Below, piece after piece: positions 40,601 to 55,600 of a stretch of 64,000 nt of DNA. The first letter of the stretch is position 1; each line of letters opens with the position of its first letter. The notes beneath the pieces were generated by a model. That model had not been told where the DNA came from and searched no databases. It saw only the letters and a list, made by a program, of their open reading frames with translations. The stretch comes from Lingula anatina (Eukaryota > Animalia > Brachiopoda), in the NCBI GenBank assembly GCA_051362555.1, contig CM120642.1:9300001-9364000 (forward strand), given 5' to 3'. The translations under genes were made by a program, and so were the position numbers.

Positions 40601-43600
40601 CTGTATCATAAAAAAACTTTCAATTTCACCCAATAAAATTCTCAATTTGTTGTGTTGCTGCACATGAAAAATTATTGAAAATATTGTTTTGCCTGTTCAT
40701 AGTTTATGAATAAGGCTTAATCACCAAAGGGTCAAACCATCCTTTAAAGATTTTCTCCATATTTAAAATGAAAGATGATTTAAATTTCCCTTATAGTCAT
40801 TTCTTTTTCAAATCAGTAGGGACTATTCCCACAACATGCCTTAATATAAATTCCAGAATCTAAGTGATTGATGATGATGAGGCAGTATTTAACCCCCCAT
40901 GAATCTAACTAATATGATTTGCATTCTGAAAAAAATATTCATAATTCACTATCCACACAGTTTAAGCTACATTAAAGATGCATTTCCATACTAAATGCAA
41001 GAGGATTGTCGTTTTAAAGCAAATTATCCCATGACCGACACTTCGAGGGATAGGATAATTGCACTTGTATTTCACTTACATGTTTGCCTGTCTTTTTTTT
41101 TCGTTACAAGCCAAATACAAGTACAATCATCCTATTGTACCAAGCACCAGCCATGGGGTTAGTTAGTTACAACTTCACATTGTCCACTGTGTGTGACATA
41201 ATAATTAGTCTTGTATGTTGAGTACAGTGGATATCTCATGTTGTAACAAGTACTTAGATGCTAGTTCATCTTAGCATTAACTGATCTTAGGTTGTACACA
41301 TCAAAATTAATTGAAAGAAGCATCATATAAATAATAACTGCCAAAAAAGTCTTAAATGCTATATTAGTGATAAAATGCTAAATCTATAAGTTCAGCAAGA
41401 CTTGTGTGTGCGTACAGCATGCATGTGTGTGCATGCACTCTACTGGGTAAATCTTAATTTAATCTCTTTTCTTGAACACATCCCCTCTAAAGACTAATCT
41501 TAGATATACATGTATATATGACCTCTGCCTTAGCAATAAGCAAGGTGCATAAAAAACACCTTGCCACAGACAAGCAGGCATTCCGACAAAAAATTCTTTC
41601 ATTCTTACATGTTTCTTAATTTCTATGTGATAATATGAAAAAATGCTCTTTAAAAATATTTTTATATTATTCTGTCCTTTGTTTTCAAATCTCTACATCT
41701 TCCTATGTCACCCAAGCATTTGTTCCTTCATTGTCTACATTTACTGTTAAATTAGCAAAAAAAAAAAAATATAATTTATAAATTTTGCATTATATTAATT
41801 TTCCAGAACTAATTCTCATTGGCTTTGGGTACGAGGTGAATAGCTCCCACTAGCTAACTTTACATCATTCTACTCACCAATAACACAACCACTGGTTGTT
41901 CATCTTCTAACACTGGGGAGCAGACAACTGAAATGGATGAAGAAGAAAATGCCAGTGAAGGAGCAATTACACTAGAATAATGAACCTGCATTACATTCCA
42001 TCCAGGTTTGCACAAATGGTGACATACAGTTGATGGATCATTAAGATCGGGTAAAACAGGCAATAACAGGGCAATGAGGGGTGGTTTTAAAATTAAGAGG
42101 GCCCACACTGAATATAAACCCCATGGCACTTGGAAAGTCTCTTAAGACTGGATAAAATGATCATGGCGCAATTTAAACTAGGTAAATTGAAGCTGAGGTG
42201 TATCTAAATCTCATTAGATTGTATCTGACGAGGTTAAAAGTGAATTGAACTTTGGGTTCATTGGATTTTTACAGCATTTTCTATTGACATGGTCATTTAT
42301 ATGTCCTCTGATTGACCTGCATAGCTATCAGAGTGGCTAGCAATTGATTTTTTTCTTCAAATTATCATCAATCTCAATTGATATGCTGGTGAACCAGCAC
42401 AATGGAATGTCTGAGAGAAGCTCTTCATGTTTCTAAAAACTGCTTGTACAATTTCAAGTTAATGTGACATTAGGTTAAGAGGAATTCTCACTTAAGAATG
42501 ACCATGCAAAACTTGAAAGGAAAAGGTGCCCTTTTCATTTTTTTTCCTCTAGAACTTTTCCACTGAGCTTAAAATGGATTTTGTAATGAACTTTGAAGCT
42601 ATCTAAAATCAGAAACGAAAATGATTGGACTGCTAATCATGATGGGATTGTGCATTATGATTATCATATTCTTTTAGAAATTAAACATTTAATATTTTAG
42701 TAATATTCATAACTAAGTTATAAAGAACCCAAGAATGAAAAAAGATCCATTTAATGGTTATTTAAAATAGAGCAAAGGTATTTCAAATGAAATGGCAAGT
42801 TTTAAAACCATTTAACCTTCAACACAACATCATGCAATAATAATTTTCAAATTGAGAAAATTGTATGTAAAGGACAAGTGCATATCAAATTTCTATCCAT
42901 ACTGTTGGAATAAGTTCATCAGTTTGGTAATATATCAGACCACAGATTTTTTTGTCATAAACATATTTTTAGATGTCAGCAAAGACTTGAGAAAATGTCT
43001 GATCAACATCGACATGTATCCGTATCTAAAAAAAAAACTTAAGTTTAGGACTAAAGATAATTTGCAACCTTCTATCCATACTCTCAGAGCAAGATAATGT
43101 AAAACGGACCCTTCAAATAATTTTGCTTGGTAATGAAAATAAAAAAAAGAGGGGGGGGGGGTCACATTGCATCTGGCGCTCCAGGTCTTAATTGTTAAGT
43201 CTGCATGTCAATGGCTCTTCTTTATAGGGAAAAGGAGGGAGGTGCTTTAATCAGTAAAATTAAAGAAGCAGTTTTCAAAAATGCTACTGGCATTAAATTC
43301 TAACCCAGGATGTGTTATATGAGAACCACTCCTACCAAACAGGCCCAGAAAATGTAAGCATTGCTGTTGTTGTTCCTGAATTAAGAAATCTCACAACTGA
43401 TGCAATTAGTTTGACCACAAGATTATGTCTATAAAGAGGAAGTATCTCACACTGCGATCATCTCACACTTTACAGATACACAGGCCCCTGTTCAAAATAA
43501 CCTGCATGGGTTGTGAAATAGGAATGGGCCAAATCTGGGCCTGTGTAAATCAAGTAAATCAACATGCCCATTTGCCAAAAGTCCAGTTCACCCTGAAAAT

Positions 43601-46600
43601 GCAGCCAACAAGAAAACGACATTTGTCAACAGTATCTTTAATGCACATCAGTTATAATCACTGTCCTCTTACCAATGCCCCCACTGTTAATGAACTGCCC
43701 ACTGTCCAGTAGCTGTCTGGCTGGGTCAGACTGGTCAAGATGAGACTTGATAACCCTCTGTTTGGAATCATAGGCCTGCCTGCATAAGACACACACAAAA
43801 AAAGCAGAGACGTTATTAGAATCAGTGCTGCAAGCTGAACAACATATTTTCAATTACCATTCATGCATGTGCACAAATGTAAATACAATTGTTTAACCAT
43901 GAGTAAGATAAAGGAAGACGGACCTCAAGAAGATGGATGCAACTGATCCTTATTAGACTAGGGCAAATATTATACTTGTTGAACCCAAATAATTCATTTC
44001 CACCTATCAATCCTAATCATTTCCACTTAACAATCCTAAATTAGCTTCATAAGACATCAAATATAGATATAGTTTTATTTCTTTAAGCAAAGCACCAAAA
44101 GGTATACTTGAGGACGAGTAACAAAAAAGGTTATCAACCGCATTCGGTAAACCTTAATTGCTTTCAAAGACAGAATTGTGTAACACATTATTGGGCTTTA
44201 CTTTTCACCAAATAATCTTTGTTCTTTAAATGCTATCATAGTTTTAAATGCCAAGCCAGTCAGCATATCTCCACATTCAGAGTACTATTACGTTGGCAAT
44301 CATGATAAAAAAATTCTTTACCATAATATTCCATCCCCTGCCAGAGCATGGCTTATTTCTCCATTCAGCCATGGCGACAGACGTTTGATAACAAAAATAA
44401 CAACATTTCTACACCACAATACACTCTCCTTTGGCACAGTCTTGTGGTTATAAAAATATAAAAATACTGCTACATACCATAATATTCCCTCTTTTGGCAA
44501 AGCTTGGCTGATCTCTCCATTCAGCCACAGTGGCACAGACTTGTGGCTGTCATCTGTGTGGTAAGGGTCCTGGACAAATGCTGTCACACATTTCTAAAAA
44601 AAATTTAAACAAATAAGGATGCTTTATTAATGTTAGAAAATTACAATGTATACGTCTCCAAAAGCAGAAATTACAAATGTATATTATCAAGATATTTTAA
44701 AGAATTTTTTTTTCTAAATGAATCAGCAGAAGTCTTCGATAATCATACATAATCTCATGATCATCTACTGGACCTAGAAACATGTAGGAAGACAAATTCA
44801 TTAGTGATTAATATGATGTTAATAATGCTTATTACATCTCTTCTTATACAGACTCGCAGACATGAAAAAACTTGCCTGATGCAAAAAAAAAGAAAAAAAA
44901 ACTACAATTTACAAAACTCATTAAATTTCATGCTCATGGGATTCTACTTATTTAGATGTATCTAAGGGACATCTAAGGGAAAGATCTAAATAAGCCCCTG
45001 TGGGTATGAAATTTAGATGTATACTAAAGATGTAACCCATTCTACATGATAAATCATCCATAAATTAATGACCTAACAGTGCTACTTGCCGTCTGACATT
45101 TCCTAATGATTCTGCAAAATTCCCATGACACAGGGATTTTTTAGCAACTGAAGATACACACAGTGAGCCTGATTTGTATATCATTCTATTCTGAGCTTCA
45201 TCCCTATCAAACATCTAGCAAAGCTTGCACTTACTCGACTCTAATTTCCCAAGTATTGATTGCACCTAAGCTCAAAATTATCATCCTAAATTGGCAATTT
45301 GCTCTTTCCCATTACAATCTGTTCTCATTTTTTATCAGATTACTGAAGGTGCTTTATGTTCACACTGAGGGGCATTTTGTTAAAGAAGAATTACGCTTTC
45401 ATTCTCAGCTTCAAGGTTTATGCACACTGAGAATTACAGGTTCTGAAAAATATTGCTTTTTTTCCCCTTCTCTAAAATTCACTATTAAGCAGGCCTAGCA
45501 CGTCCTATAAGACAGATGATTTCTTCCATCTCTATGGGAGGGAAAACGGGCCTTGAACAAAAATGTGATGACCAGGCACACTGCTTCTGTGCAATTTTAT
45601 TTCAAAATACACAAACATTATTTTTAATAATATAATCTCATTTCATTTTATTATCATGCTGGTGACTTGCACTTCACAGTTTTTACATTCTTAAATCAAC
45701 TTCTTTCATCAGTGAAGACATTGGAAGGGCTAGGACTGAACTTGGTGCATTTTTTTCTTTTTTTTTAATCAGAATTCCTTGTATTGACTTTCAAGATGAA
45801 GGAATTAACTTACCACATTAGGCAACACCAATGCCACAGCATCTTTAATGGTAGTACGAAACTGTTCCAGATCTAGCACTCGACTCAACTGGAGTGAAGC
45901 AGTCTAAAAAGATAATCAGATTTATAATATCTATAACAATAATCCCATTCATTTACCAATGGCTGGATTATACGCACACATCCTCCCCAAATTTTTTTTA
46001 AAAATAATATACATATGTAATTATATCTCTTCTTGGTAGGATATCATGTTTAAGATTACAACTAATGGGATCTTTCACTAAGAAATAAATTACAATCCTA
46101 AATAAAATATATCCTTGTCAAAATGATCTTAATGTGTTGCCAGGGCAGGGGAAATAAACACAAATCTAATGATAACGTATTATAGATAATTCCAATCTTC
46201 ATCACTGCACTTTCTTGATTAAAAAAGAAGCTTGGCTTGCCTGTGAATCCATGCGTATCATTTAACAATACACAGGTTACATTAGGCACATAAGTTTCAA
46301 TTAATAGTGTAGTCATAACTTTCTTTGCACTGCTAAACAAAGAAATAAAAAATGATATCATGCCACAATACTGTATAGTCTAACATAATATTTATACTTG
46401 CATACAACTAAAGGGCATCTGATTTAGAGGAATCAAAAATGCCGATGGTAAACAATTATATTTGACTATAAACTAATATTTAAAAAAGTGAAATTTCTCC
46501 AACTTAGATGTCAATTCATTGGAAATAATAAATTACAATGATCATTATCTGTCATGTTAAAGGATTCTACATCACATCAGCTACAAAATTTTAAAGTTTC

Positions 46601-49600
46601 TTTTTTTGTTTGTTTGTTTGTTTCCTACAAACACAGAAGTGCATACATCCACTTCTACCAGACACAAACAAACAAACAAACAAACAGATATGCTAAAATG
46701 CACTTGCTGTACGTGCACGTGGGTGCATGTTTGTGAAGATAACGAAACCACATTCTGGACCAGATATATGGGTCAGCCTTATCTGCTCGCCATTCACATA
46801 CTAAAGTGTGTGCCCAAATATCACTACCTGTGTACATATTTATACAAGTTCCGTGCACATATTAAGAGGACACATAAGCAGACATATAAAATATCAAACT
46901 GTGTAAAGAGTTCAGGAAAGGGAAGCACAGAAAACTGAATGCCTGAATGTGGAAGCAAGCATGAAAACAACATATTATAAAGGAAATTACGTACTATATT
47001 AATAAATCATTAATGAATGAATATTTTCCCCTGTCCAAGATATTTGTACAAGTTCTGTGCACATATTTAGAGGACATATATGCAGACATATAAAATTTCA
47101 AACTGTGTAAAGAGTTCAGGAAAGGGAAGCAGAGAAAACTGAATGCCTAAATGTGGAAGCAAGCATGAAAACAACATATTATAAAGGAAATTACTATAAA
47201 TGAATGAATATTCTCCCCTGTCCAAGATAAAAGCATGTTAATTTCACCACACAGGCACCAGATTTTATTATTTTGATTAAAAGCATATTTTAAATTAATA
47301 ATCAATGTCTTATTGTCAGGCAATCAAGAATAATTCAAGCCTTTCAGCATGGAAAACTGATTAACTGAAAGCTTGGTATCCAGAAACATGTAACTTGCAC
47401 ATTAGTGTTAAAATGAGGAAGCTAGCCATGAATGTTTCAGCTTTAAATAAGCAGGAAGGTGACAATGCTAGAAGAGTGGTGGTATATTGTTTGATTCAAT
47501 GCAGCCATTTTTATCATGCATCAAACAATTAATACAAATTCCCATATACCTCTAAAAGGATTGCAAATGCAGTGTTAACTCCCAAAGAATTTTTCATTAC
47601 AATGACATCAATGAAAATCTTGGGTAAATATTAGTACCCCAGGAATCTTAAATAGAAATTTTCCTGCAATCTTCAAATGAAGGCAGGTTGGGATGTTTGC
47701 ACATTCTGAAGTATCTATCCTAAAAAGAAATATGTGGATTTAACAGCAGCATCTTGAAGAAGACAAAAGCAGTTAGAATGAGATTAGGCCTATAACCCTT
47801 TGGTCCAGACATACACCATTTAAATGAGGAAAATCCGGCCCTAGTTCACACATTCTCAATTTGGTTATCTTGCCGCAAATATTGACTTCTTTAACATTGA
47901 GGTAACTGTGTGAAATCTAATCTCTGATCCACCTTATGGTACACACAATGTGTTTTTAAAATGCAAAATCGATTTATCCGATTTTCTATAGACCCTCATT
48001 TCAAAAAAAGGATTAGGGTCCAATACACACTCCTCCCAAAACACAAAAAGACCTAAAGATTGTTGTTCTGATGTTGGCCTTTTCCCACACACAATACAGG
48101 CAGCTTACTGGATGGTAGATCCATTTTAATGTTAGCATCTGACTGTGGCTTCCAATTCTTAATGAACATATTGAACTTTTATCTGCTTTTCATATGGTAT
48201 CTGATTATCAGATTATCAATCAAGGGTTAAATTGTAATCTTATAGCAAAAAGTCTTTCCAAAAAATCATAATCAGGGCAAGACAAAACAATTTTCAGTTT
48301 CCTTGCAAAGTATACCGATAAATAATATTGAGACAGAAGGACAGAATCTAAGTTAATTCAGAGAATTATTGCGTGTCAACAAAGAAGAGTAATGGTTTTT
48401 CACAAAGGACATGGCATGTTGGACCTTTAGGGAATTAGACCCAGTTAACTTTTTTAGCCTGATCTAAGTGGGTAATAAATGGGATATTTCTAACACAGCA
48501 CTCTGGCTTTAAGAAAAAAACTAATTTTCCAATTCCGCATAATGTCTACTGAAATTCCTAAAGCTACCTTTGATTGCATCTTCCCACAGCTAGATGCATC
48601 TCAATATCTTCTTCACAGTCACTGTCAGTATGTTTAAGAAAATTAATATCATGCCACAGTGTACACAATTTGGCAAAGAGTATTGCCATCGATAACTTAA
48701 CAGAATATGACAAAAGTAGTTTTTGTATCTCTCAAGACCAAAGTATACCATTTAATGTGAAAAGGGTCTCAGTCTAAAGCTTAACTCAATATACGGATGG
48801 CTATTTTATTTTGAGAAAAAAAAAACACTTAATAGTCCTCAATTTTTGTAGTCTACTAGTATGTAACTTTGGATATTTATATTTAGCTTCAACTATAACT
48901 ATCCCTGCTTTTACAAGGGCTATCAGGGTACTCAACGTAAGTTACATCCCAGAAAGGTCTTTAAGACTGCATTCAGATTCACACATTGTTCTAGCTGGGT
49001 CAGTCTAACTCTGCAGGGGATTCTCGCTAGAGTGCAATCAATGGAAACACCTTAATTGTCTGACACGCCTCCTCAAGCAGGGTAGTTAACTAACAATTGC
49101 TGTTTAGCTGATTCCACTAATTGCACTTTAGCCAGAAACCTCCACAGAGTTGGAACGACCCAGCTACTATGTGTGAATCTGAATGTGCCCTAACATACAA
49201 TTTAGTCAACTAAAACAAATGATTTAAGATCACACATTACATGGACCCCCGCCCCTCTTCCTCTGCATTTCTTACTTTACATACTGTATCTAACTATTAT
49301 ATTTTGTATCCTTTTTGTAGCATCCATCCTCCGATTTTAGCCTGGAAAATAGCCGACTTTGGGTCTTGCTCAGACTACATGTAACCCTTCTCCCTCCCTG
49401 TTACCCCACGTCTATGCAGATACCACTACAGTATATTTCAGTTCTTATCTTCACTGCAGTAAATCCATTTTTGTAAATTAAATAAGGCTTGGGTTAGGTA
49501 TAATACTAACCACACTTTGCACCCCTCCCCTTTCCTTTTCCATGCTACTTGGATAATTAATTTATCTTTAAACCCTCACCTGAACTGGGTCCCGTGCATC

Positions 49601-52600
49601 AGTCCCCATATTGTGATTTCAACCTATTACGTATCGGCAGGCAGAACTCGGCGCACCAGATGGTGATACGTAGAAATCTTTGCAGGAAAATACGCACACA
49701 ATCTCACAGGAGATAACACATCTACATGTAGAAATCCTTCCAGCTATATGGCATGTCAGCAACACTTCCATCAAAATCAAACACACCGAACTGTATACAA
49801 TCAAATCAAAGCAAAGCATTGAGATTGTGGCGGATTCTGGCGGGAACTCTATAAACTACATGTCATTGAGTGATGCTATTATGTTCATCTATCTAGATCT
49901 AGACCTGATGTGGGCTAAAATTAAAAGTAAAATTGCATTAAAATCCAGAATTTTGCTCAATTTCACAGTGAAGTCTTTTTTTTCTTTCTTTTTTTTCTTT
50001 TTTTAGCAAAGGATGCACTGAGGAAAATAAACAAGATGTTTTTGTTGCCTCTTGCCACAACTGGTAATTCTGTAAACAATATAGAGCCCTTTATATTGGC
50101 TATGAGGATTATTTTGGTATCACTACCTGATAACCCTTTGGCCTCTGTAATACAAGGGTATTAGCCATACAAAGATAATCATTATTAAAAGATTCACCTG
50201 CAAGGATAATATTAAGAAGCCAGGTGAGAAGTATATTAGTTAACATCAAATGAGGACACATTTAACTGTGATAAATGACTTTACAATGCAGCCAGAACAA
50301 GGCAAACAGATATTACAAGGGCTATGACTTGAAAAATGTTGCTTTTATGCAATGGATAAAAAATATAATATACATTAGCAAATGAGAAATTTGACAATAT
50401 TTTTTCTTTTTGATCTATTTATTTTGTATGATTAGTTTAATATTAGTTATTTGGCAAACTAAAAAATATGAAAGGGTGGCCCCAGAATAAAATATGCTTA
50501 CATTGTTTTCTTTAGTTCAAGCATGTAAAACATCATACAAAATAGTTTTGTTCAAAAAAGGAATACTATCAACATTTCCTATAATATACTTTTAAAAAAC
50601 TTTTCCATGTTATAGGATTATTTAATATCACATTTAATTCTGTTTATACAGCAAATGCTGAGGTGTAATAATATTTGACCTAGTAGGTCAAAAAATAGAA
50701 ATAATAATAATAACAATTTAAAGGACTTTTTTAAAAAATGGCAGATTGGTTTGAAACAATTTGAAACAATAATACGTTTACATATAATCATCTCCCAATC
50801 AAACTGATGCCTGTTAATTCTCAAAATTAAAGTTTTTTCTTACTGAATATTTTTCAATATAAAAATAAAACAAAGACTGTAATTTGACCATCTGACATAA
50901 GTTAAAATCCATATCCATTAAAAAACAGACTTTGCCTGATTTGAGTGCAAAGATGCCTGCATGTGTTCTATCTGTTGACACAAAATAGAGAAAAGAATTA
51001 ACACGAAGACTGAGGCTCGTGAGTGACCCATATGTCATATATGTGTGCCAAAAGGGAAAATGTCACCATCAGATCATTAAGGTCTCTCTCCTGCTACCGC
51101 TATTCCTTGAGGGTGTGTTCATCTGCGTTATAACATCAGACTCCGCTATCATGAGTTGGCTACCACCTTTTGACCTAATGAAATACCTCAAGGAAATATA
51201 TGCTGCATCACGCGAGCAAATGAAATGTATGCCAAAATCTTATAAAGATGCTAAGCTTTGACCGCAGAAAGACAGAAACATTTCTTTATCTGTTTATCCC
51301 TTTTCTTTGTTTATTTGAAATGTATTACTGATTTGTAAAACTCTTTTGCTTAAACAGAAAAAAATATACAAGCGACAGGAGCCGTGAAAATATAAAATTA
51401 GGCTAAATTCAGCATACAAGCACAATAAAAAACTAACTTTGTGTCTTAGCACATACAGTCTCCAAACTAAGGCACATTTCCTTTAAAACTTCTAAGAACT
51501 ATCAATTTGACACTTGTTGGGAAAAAAAAATTGAGAAACAGTTGCCCTATCAGTGTGAATGTGTGCTGTGGCATTGTGCTGATGTTGCAGTGATTGCCAG
51601 AAATCAATAAAACTCTGTAAGTTTCTTAAGACCAAAAGACTTCTCTTTTACAGTTTTCGATCTACCACATGAATAAAGCATTATCCAACTGTTTCAATCA
51701 AACCTGATGTATTTTGCAAAACATGCAGTAGATAGCTGATAAAAACGGTTGAAGTTAAGAGATGAAAAAAAAGTGATATCTTATTTCACAGGCTCTAATT
51801 AGTGTCAGACTGAAAAATATAGATTTGTCAAAAGCCAGAGAAGATAACAGAAAATAGCCTTAATGATAATAATAAAATGAATAAAGAAAAAAGAGAGAAA
51901 GAAGGAAAAAAATATATATATACATTTTGCCAAACCTTTGCAAGATATGAAACTGTTTGGTCAAAAAGAAAGAGAGAAAATACCTGTCTACGACTAACTG
52001 GAAATATCATGCAGACATCATTCCAATGTAACTATTAATTTCCTCTTAAATATAAAATGGCTATGACTAAATCAAACCATATTTTGTTTGACAAGTTCTA
52101 ACACAAACTCTTTCCAGTGTAAGAGGTCTCCCCAACCACAAGCTGTAACTTCTCCAGACTCTTATGTCTTATTTCCTCAAAACAAATCCTGACACAATTA
52201 TACTTCAACCACAAATACAACATAATTATCTGTCTCTGACTCTATAGGATGCATTTTCGCTCCTTCCTTGATATCTCTTGTGGCTGCCTGGAAGCATGGC
52301 TCTTCTGGGAGGGAATTGTCTCTGGTGTCCAGGTAACACCAAAGACCATTAAAAAACCTGCTGTCTCCTCACAAAGCACTCAGCATATAGAGGATGAGGC
52401 AAGGTGTTAAGACCTAGTGATGGAACCACTTGAACTGTGGCTGATAATTCCAAGCACCACATGTGCAACAATTTGGCTTAAATGCTCCCCAGGGACATGA
52501 GATCAGTCAAGGGTTGAAAAGATCCATAAATTTAAGACCAGGTGTTAATTTTTTACTCCCAGCTGACCTTGTCTGTAGAGGATATTAAGCTCTACTCCAA

Positions 52601-55600
52601 ACCTTAATCTATATGTTTTAAGCATTTTTTTAAAGAAAAGCTCTTCTACTGACTTGCATGATTCTAAACTGAACACTATGAACTTTAACTAGGAAGCTTA
52701 CTTGGGATCCTCCACATGCTTGGGTTCTGACACAAAAAATACTTTCCAACTTGTAGGTATCACTGACCATTGCATCCCTTTCAATTTCAATGTAATAAAT
52801 TTCTTGGGAATTCATCTTGTGATCTTTTATATATGAGGTCTAAGACAATTATCATTTCGTACAAATCAAATATTGAATAATGTCAAACCTCCTACCCTTT
52901 CAAACAACAAAAAAAAATGTACTTAAATTTTTATATTCAACCTCAAAATGTCCTGACTCAAAAATTTGCCAACATCATTTATCAACAAAGGCATTTTTTC
53001 ATTGTTTTATGATGCTTTCCTGATACAAGAGTTTTTAAAATTAATAATTATTCCTACTCCCTTTTTCAAACTCAAAGACAAATTTTTCATATCTGTCTGT
53101 CATTTAATTTAATCAGTAAATCATAATTTATTACTATTGTTTTATTTTGTCTTGCCAGGTTTGCTTTCTGTTTTTTCCTTGTGAAATTCTCAACTCAACA
53201 AGACAGAGCTTATTGCAAGACAATTATATCTGTTACTCTCCAAACTCATGATTTTTCAATGGAATAAACAAGGACATAACTTGGTAAATACTGCACATAA
53301 GATTGAACTGCAATGAAAGAATACATAGTGTGCAACAGACAGTGGAGAAAATACACGTATACTGATTAATGTGATTGAAAATCAATTTCTGGTAATGTAC
53401 ACTGTCCAATAGGTCAAATTTCCCTTTAATGTCCACCCACATTTTTCTCATTTTAATCTCTGAAAATGTCTCTTTCTTACTGCATTTAATTACATTAAAA
53501 TAAAATGTAACATACAGGCAACTCTATGCTTTATAAGGATTCCAGTCTCCTTTCATTGACAAATAAACTGGCATACAGTGAAATAATTTTCTCTGTTCAA
53601 ATATAGATCTATACAATAGTCAAAAATCAATCCTTATCCTAGAGCTTTCACATTTCTGGTACTGTACATGTAATGTACTGTCAGAAATATTAATCACACT
53701 TCCATGTTTCCCTTTTATAACTTAATGATTTATAGCAACCTGTCATAAAAAAAGACATTTATGTTTCAGTTGTCTGCCTGTTTGGCCTGTTATCCCAGCA
53801 CGCTGAAAGCACAACATCTTAATCACTGAACATTTCCAATAAAATACAGCAATTTATTCTCTTTTTAATGATGCTTAATAATTCAATAACAAGTAGCTAA
53901 ATTTTGTGTTGCTCTACTTCTCACAGATATTATCAGTTATGCATCATTTACTGCAGGGTTACGGAATGATATGGAGTATACCGTATATGACAAAAATTCT
54001 GCATTAGCCCAGACGTGACTGAGTTTCAACTTTCAAATGAGCGTATCATGAAGGTTTATAGTATCCTCTAATAATCTCCTTCCAAATACTAACAGTAGGA
54101 GAAAAGATATTAGGTAGAAAATTACCAAGGTGACATAGCCAAATCATAAGGTCCATTACAAATTTTCTGTCAGATAGTTTTATAGTGGCAAGTAGGCTCT
54201 AACAAATGTCAATGTGTCTCAGAGGTGATGTGAAGGAAATGAACTTGTTTTGCTTGATGACACAGACATTAGTAAATATTTCCATAAATATTATAATATA
54301 CAGTATTGAAAGACAATCTCCTCTAATGAACTCATTGGTAAAGATTTTGTCATTAAAACATTCATATTACTTATTAGCACACTCTGCAATGCTCTATACA
54401 GTATAGTCAGAAGCAGGGACAACTTCCTTTGGTAAATTAACACGTTTCATTTTAGACTCATAAGCAATATGATTTTTAAACTGTGGTTTTACATAAACAG
54501 AGATCATGTTTTGCTTTGGCACTGAAACAAAGAACTAATATAGTTCAAGAAGAATTAATATAGTTCAAAACCCAAGGATGTCTTTCCGCTCCCACTTGAA
54601 CAAGAAATATTTTGAAAAATGCTACAAGAAGGAAATTCTGATGTGCCCCCCCCCCCCCCCCTTCCCATGCTTTAGGAGAGATTTTTTTATACATAAAATA
54701 CCATTCAAAATGATTTATACTGCTGCATTTATGAGGAAAAAACCAAAGGAAATCTAAATACTTTTATCCGTCTATGAAACAGCAAGGGTCCCACATAAAC
54801 AGCTACTGTTGCCAATAATATTTGGCAAACAGAACAACTAATTAAGTAACCCTACTCGGCTATGGTAGCCCTGAATGTATGGGTGATTATGGGGAATACA
54901 GTTTTTCTGGTGTTGACTAAATCACTAAAAGGTATGCCAATATGTAAGGTAGCTAAAATATGTTTTATTTGAGACATATTTTCTTATCTTTTTTTTTAAC
55001 TGTACACAAAGGACTTGTAAAATAAAACTATTTCTCAATCAAAAACTATACTCACATGGGCTCAGTCTCACATCAATTTTTTTCTTTTTTTCTGTTTTGA
55101 GCCAAAACCCAAAAGACTAACGGCTGTATGTTTAAGCCAGAATAGCAAATATATAATTGAATGTTTTCCAAGGTCCTTAGCCAAGTAAATTACTTTTTGT
55201 CATGGGGGAAATCTTTTATGCTAACATCAGCCATGGAATTTAAGGTTTTTTGAAGTTGCTGTATGCCTTTATATGTACCATTTCTTTTCATTAAAACAGT
55301 GAGGTTTAACGTTAAACTACTTGGGGGTCAGCTATTCCCGAGTTCTTTCTCAACTTGTCACATCTGAATTAGCACTTGGGGAGTTTCTGAAAACAGTTAC
55401 AAAGACTGAGCTGACTGAAAGCAATGTTACTGGAAGAAATGCCATATTCACTTACGGCTTAAGAAATGGAAAAATTAATTCAAGTATCATAATGCTTTAT
55501 CTTTGTAAAGAATATATTTTCAGTTGATGGATAAAAATACAGCTGCAGATCAAATCTTTTTATTTCAATTTTTGGTAAGTTAAAACTTCTACATTTAACA

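Noticed and set aside
45235-45285. AG-GT unit with one frame reading [10 protein letters not shown], resembling LLSLGSVID
   Set aside because: Wrong phase for its position (stop in the phase-0 frame), weak acceptor, and the real exon is at 45814-45903.
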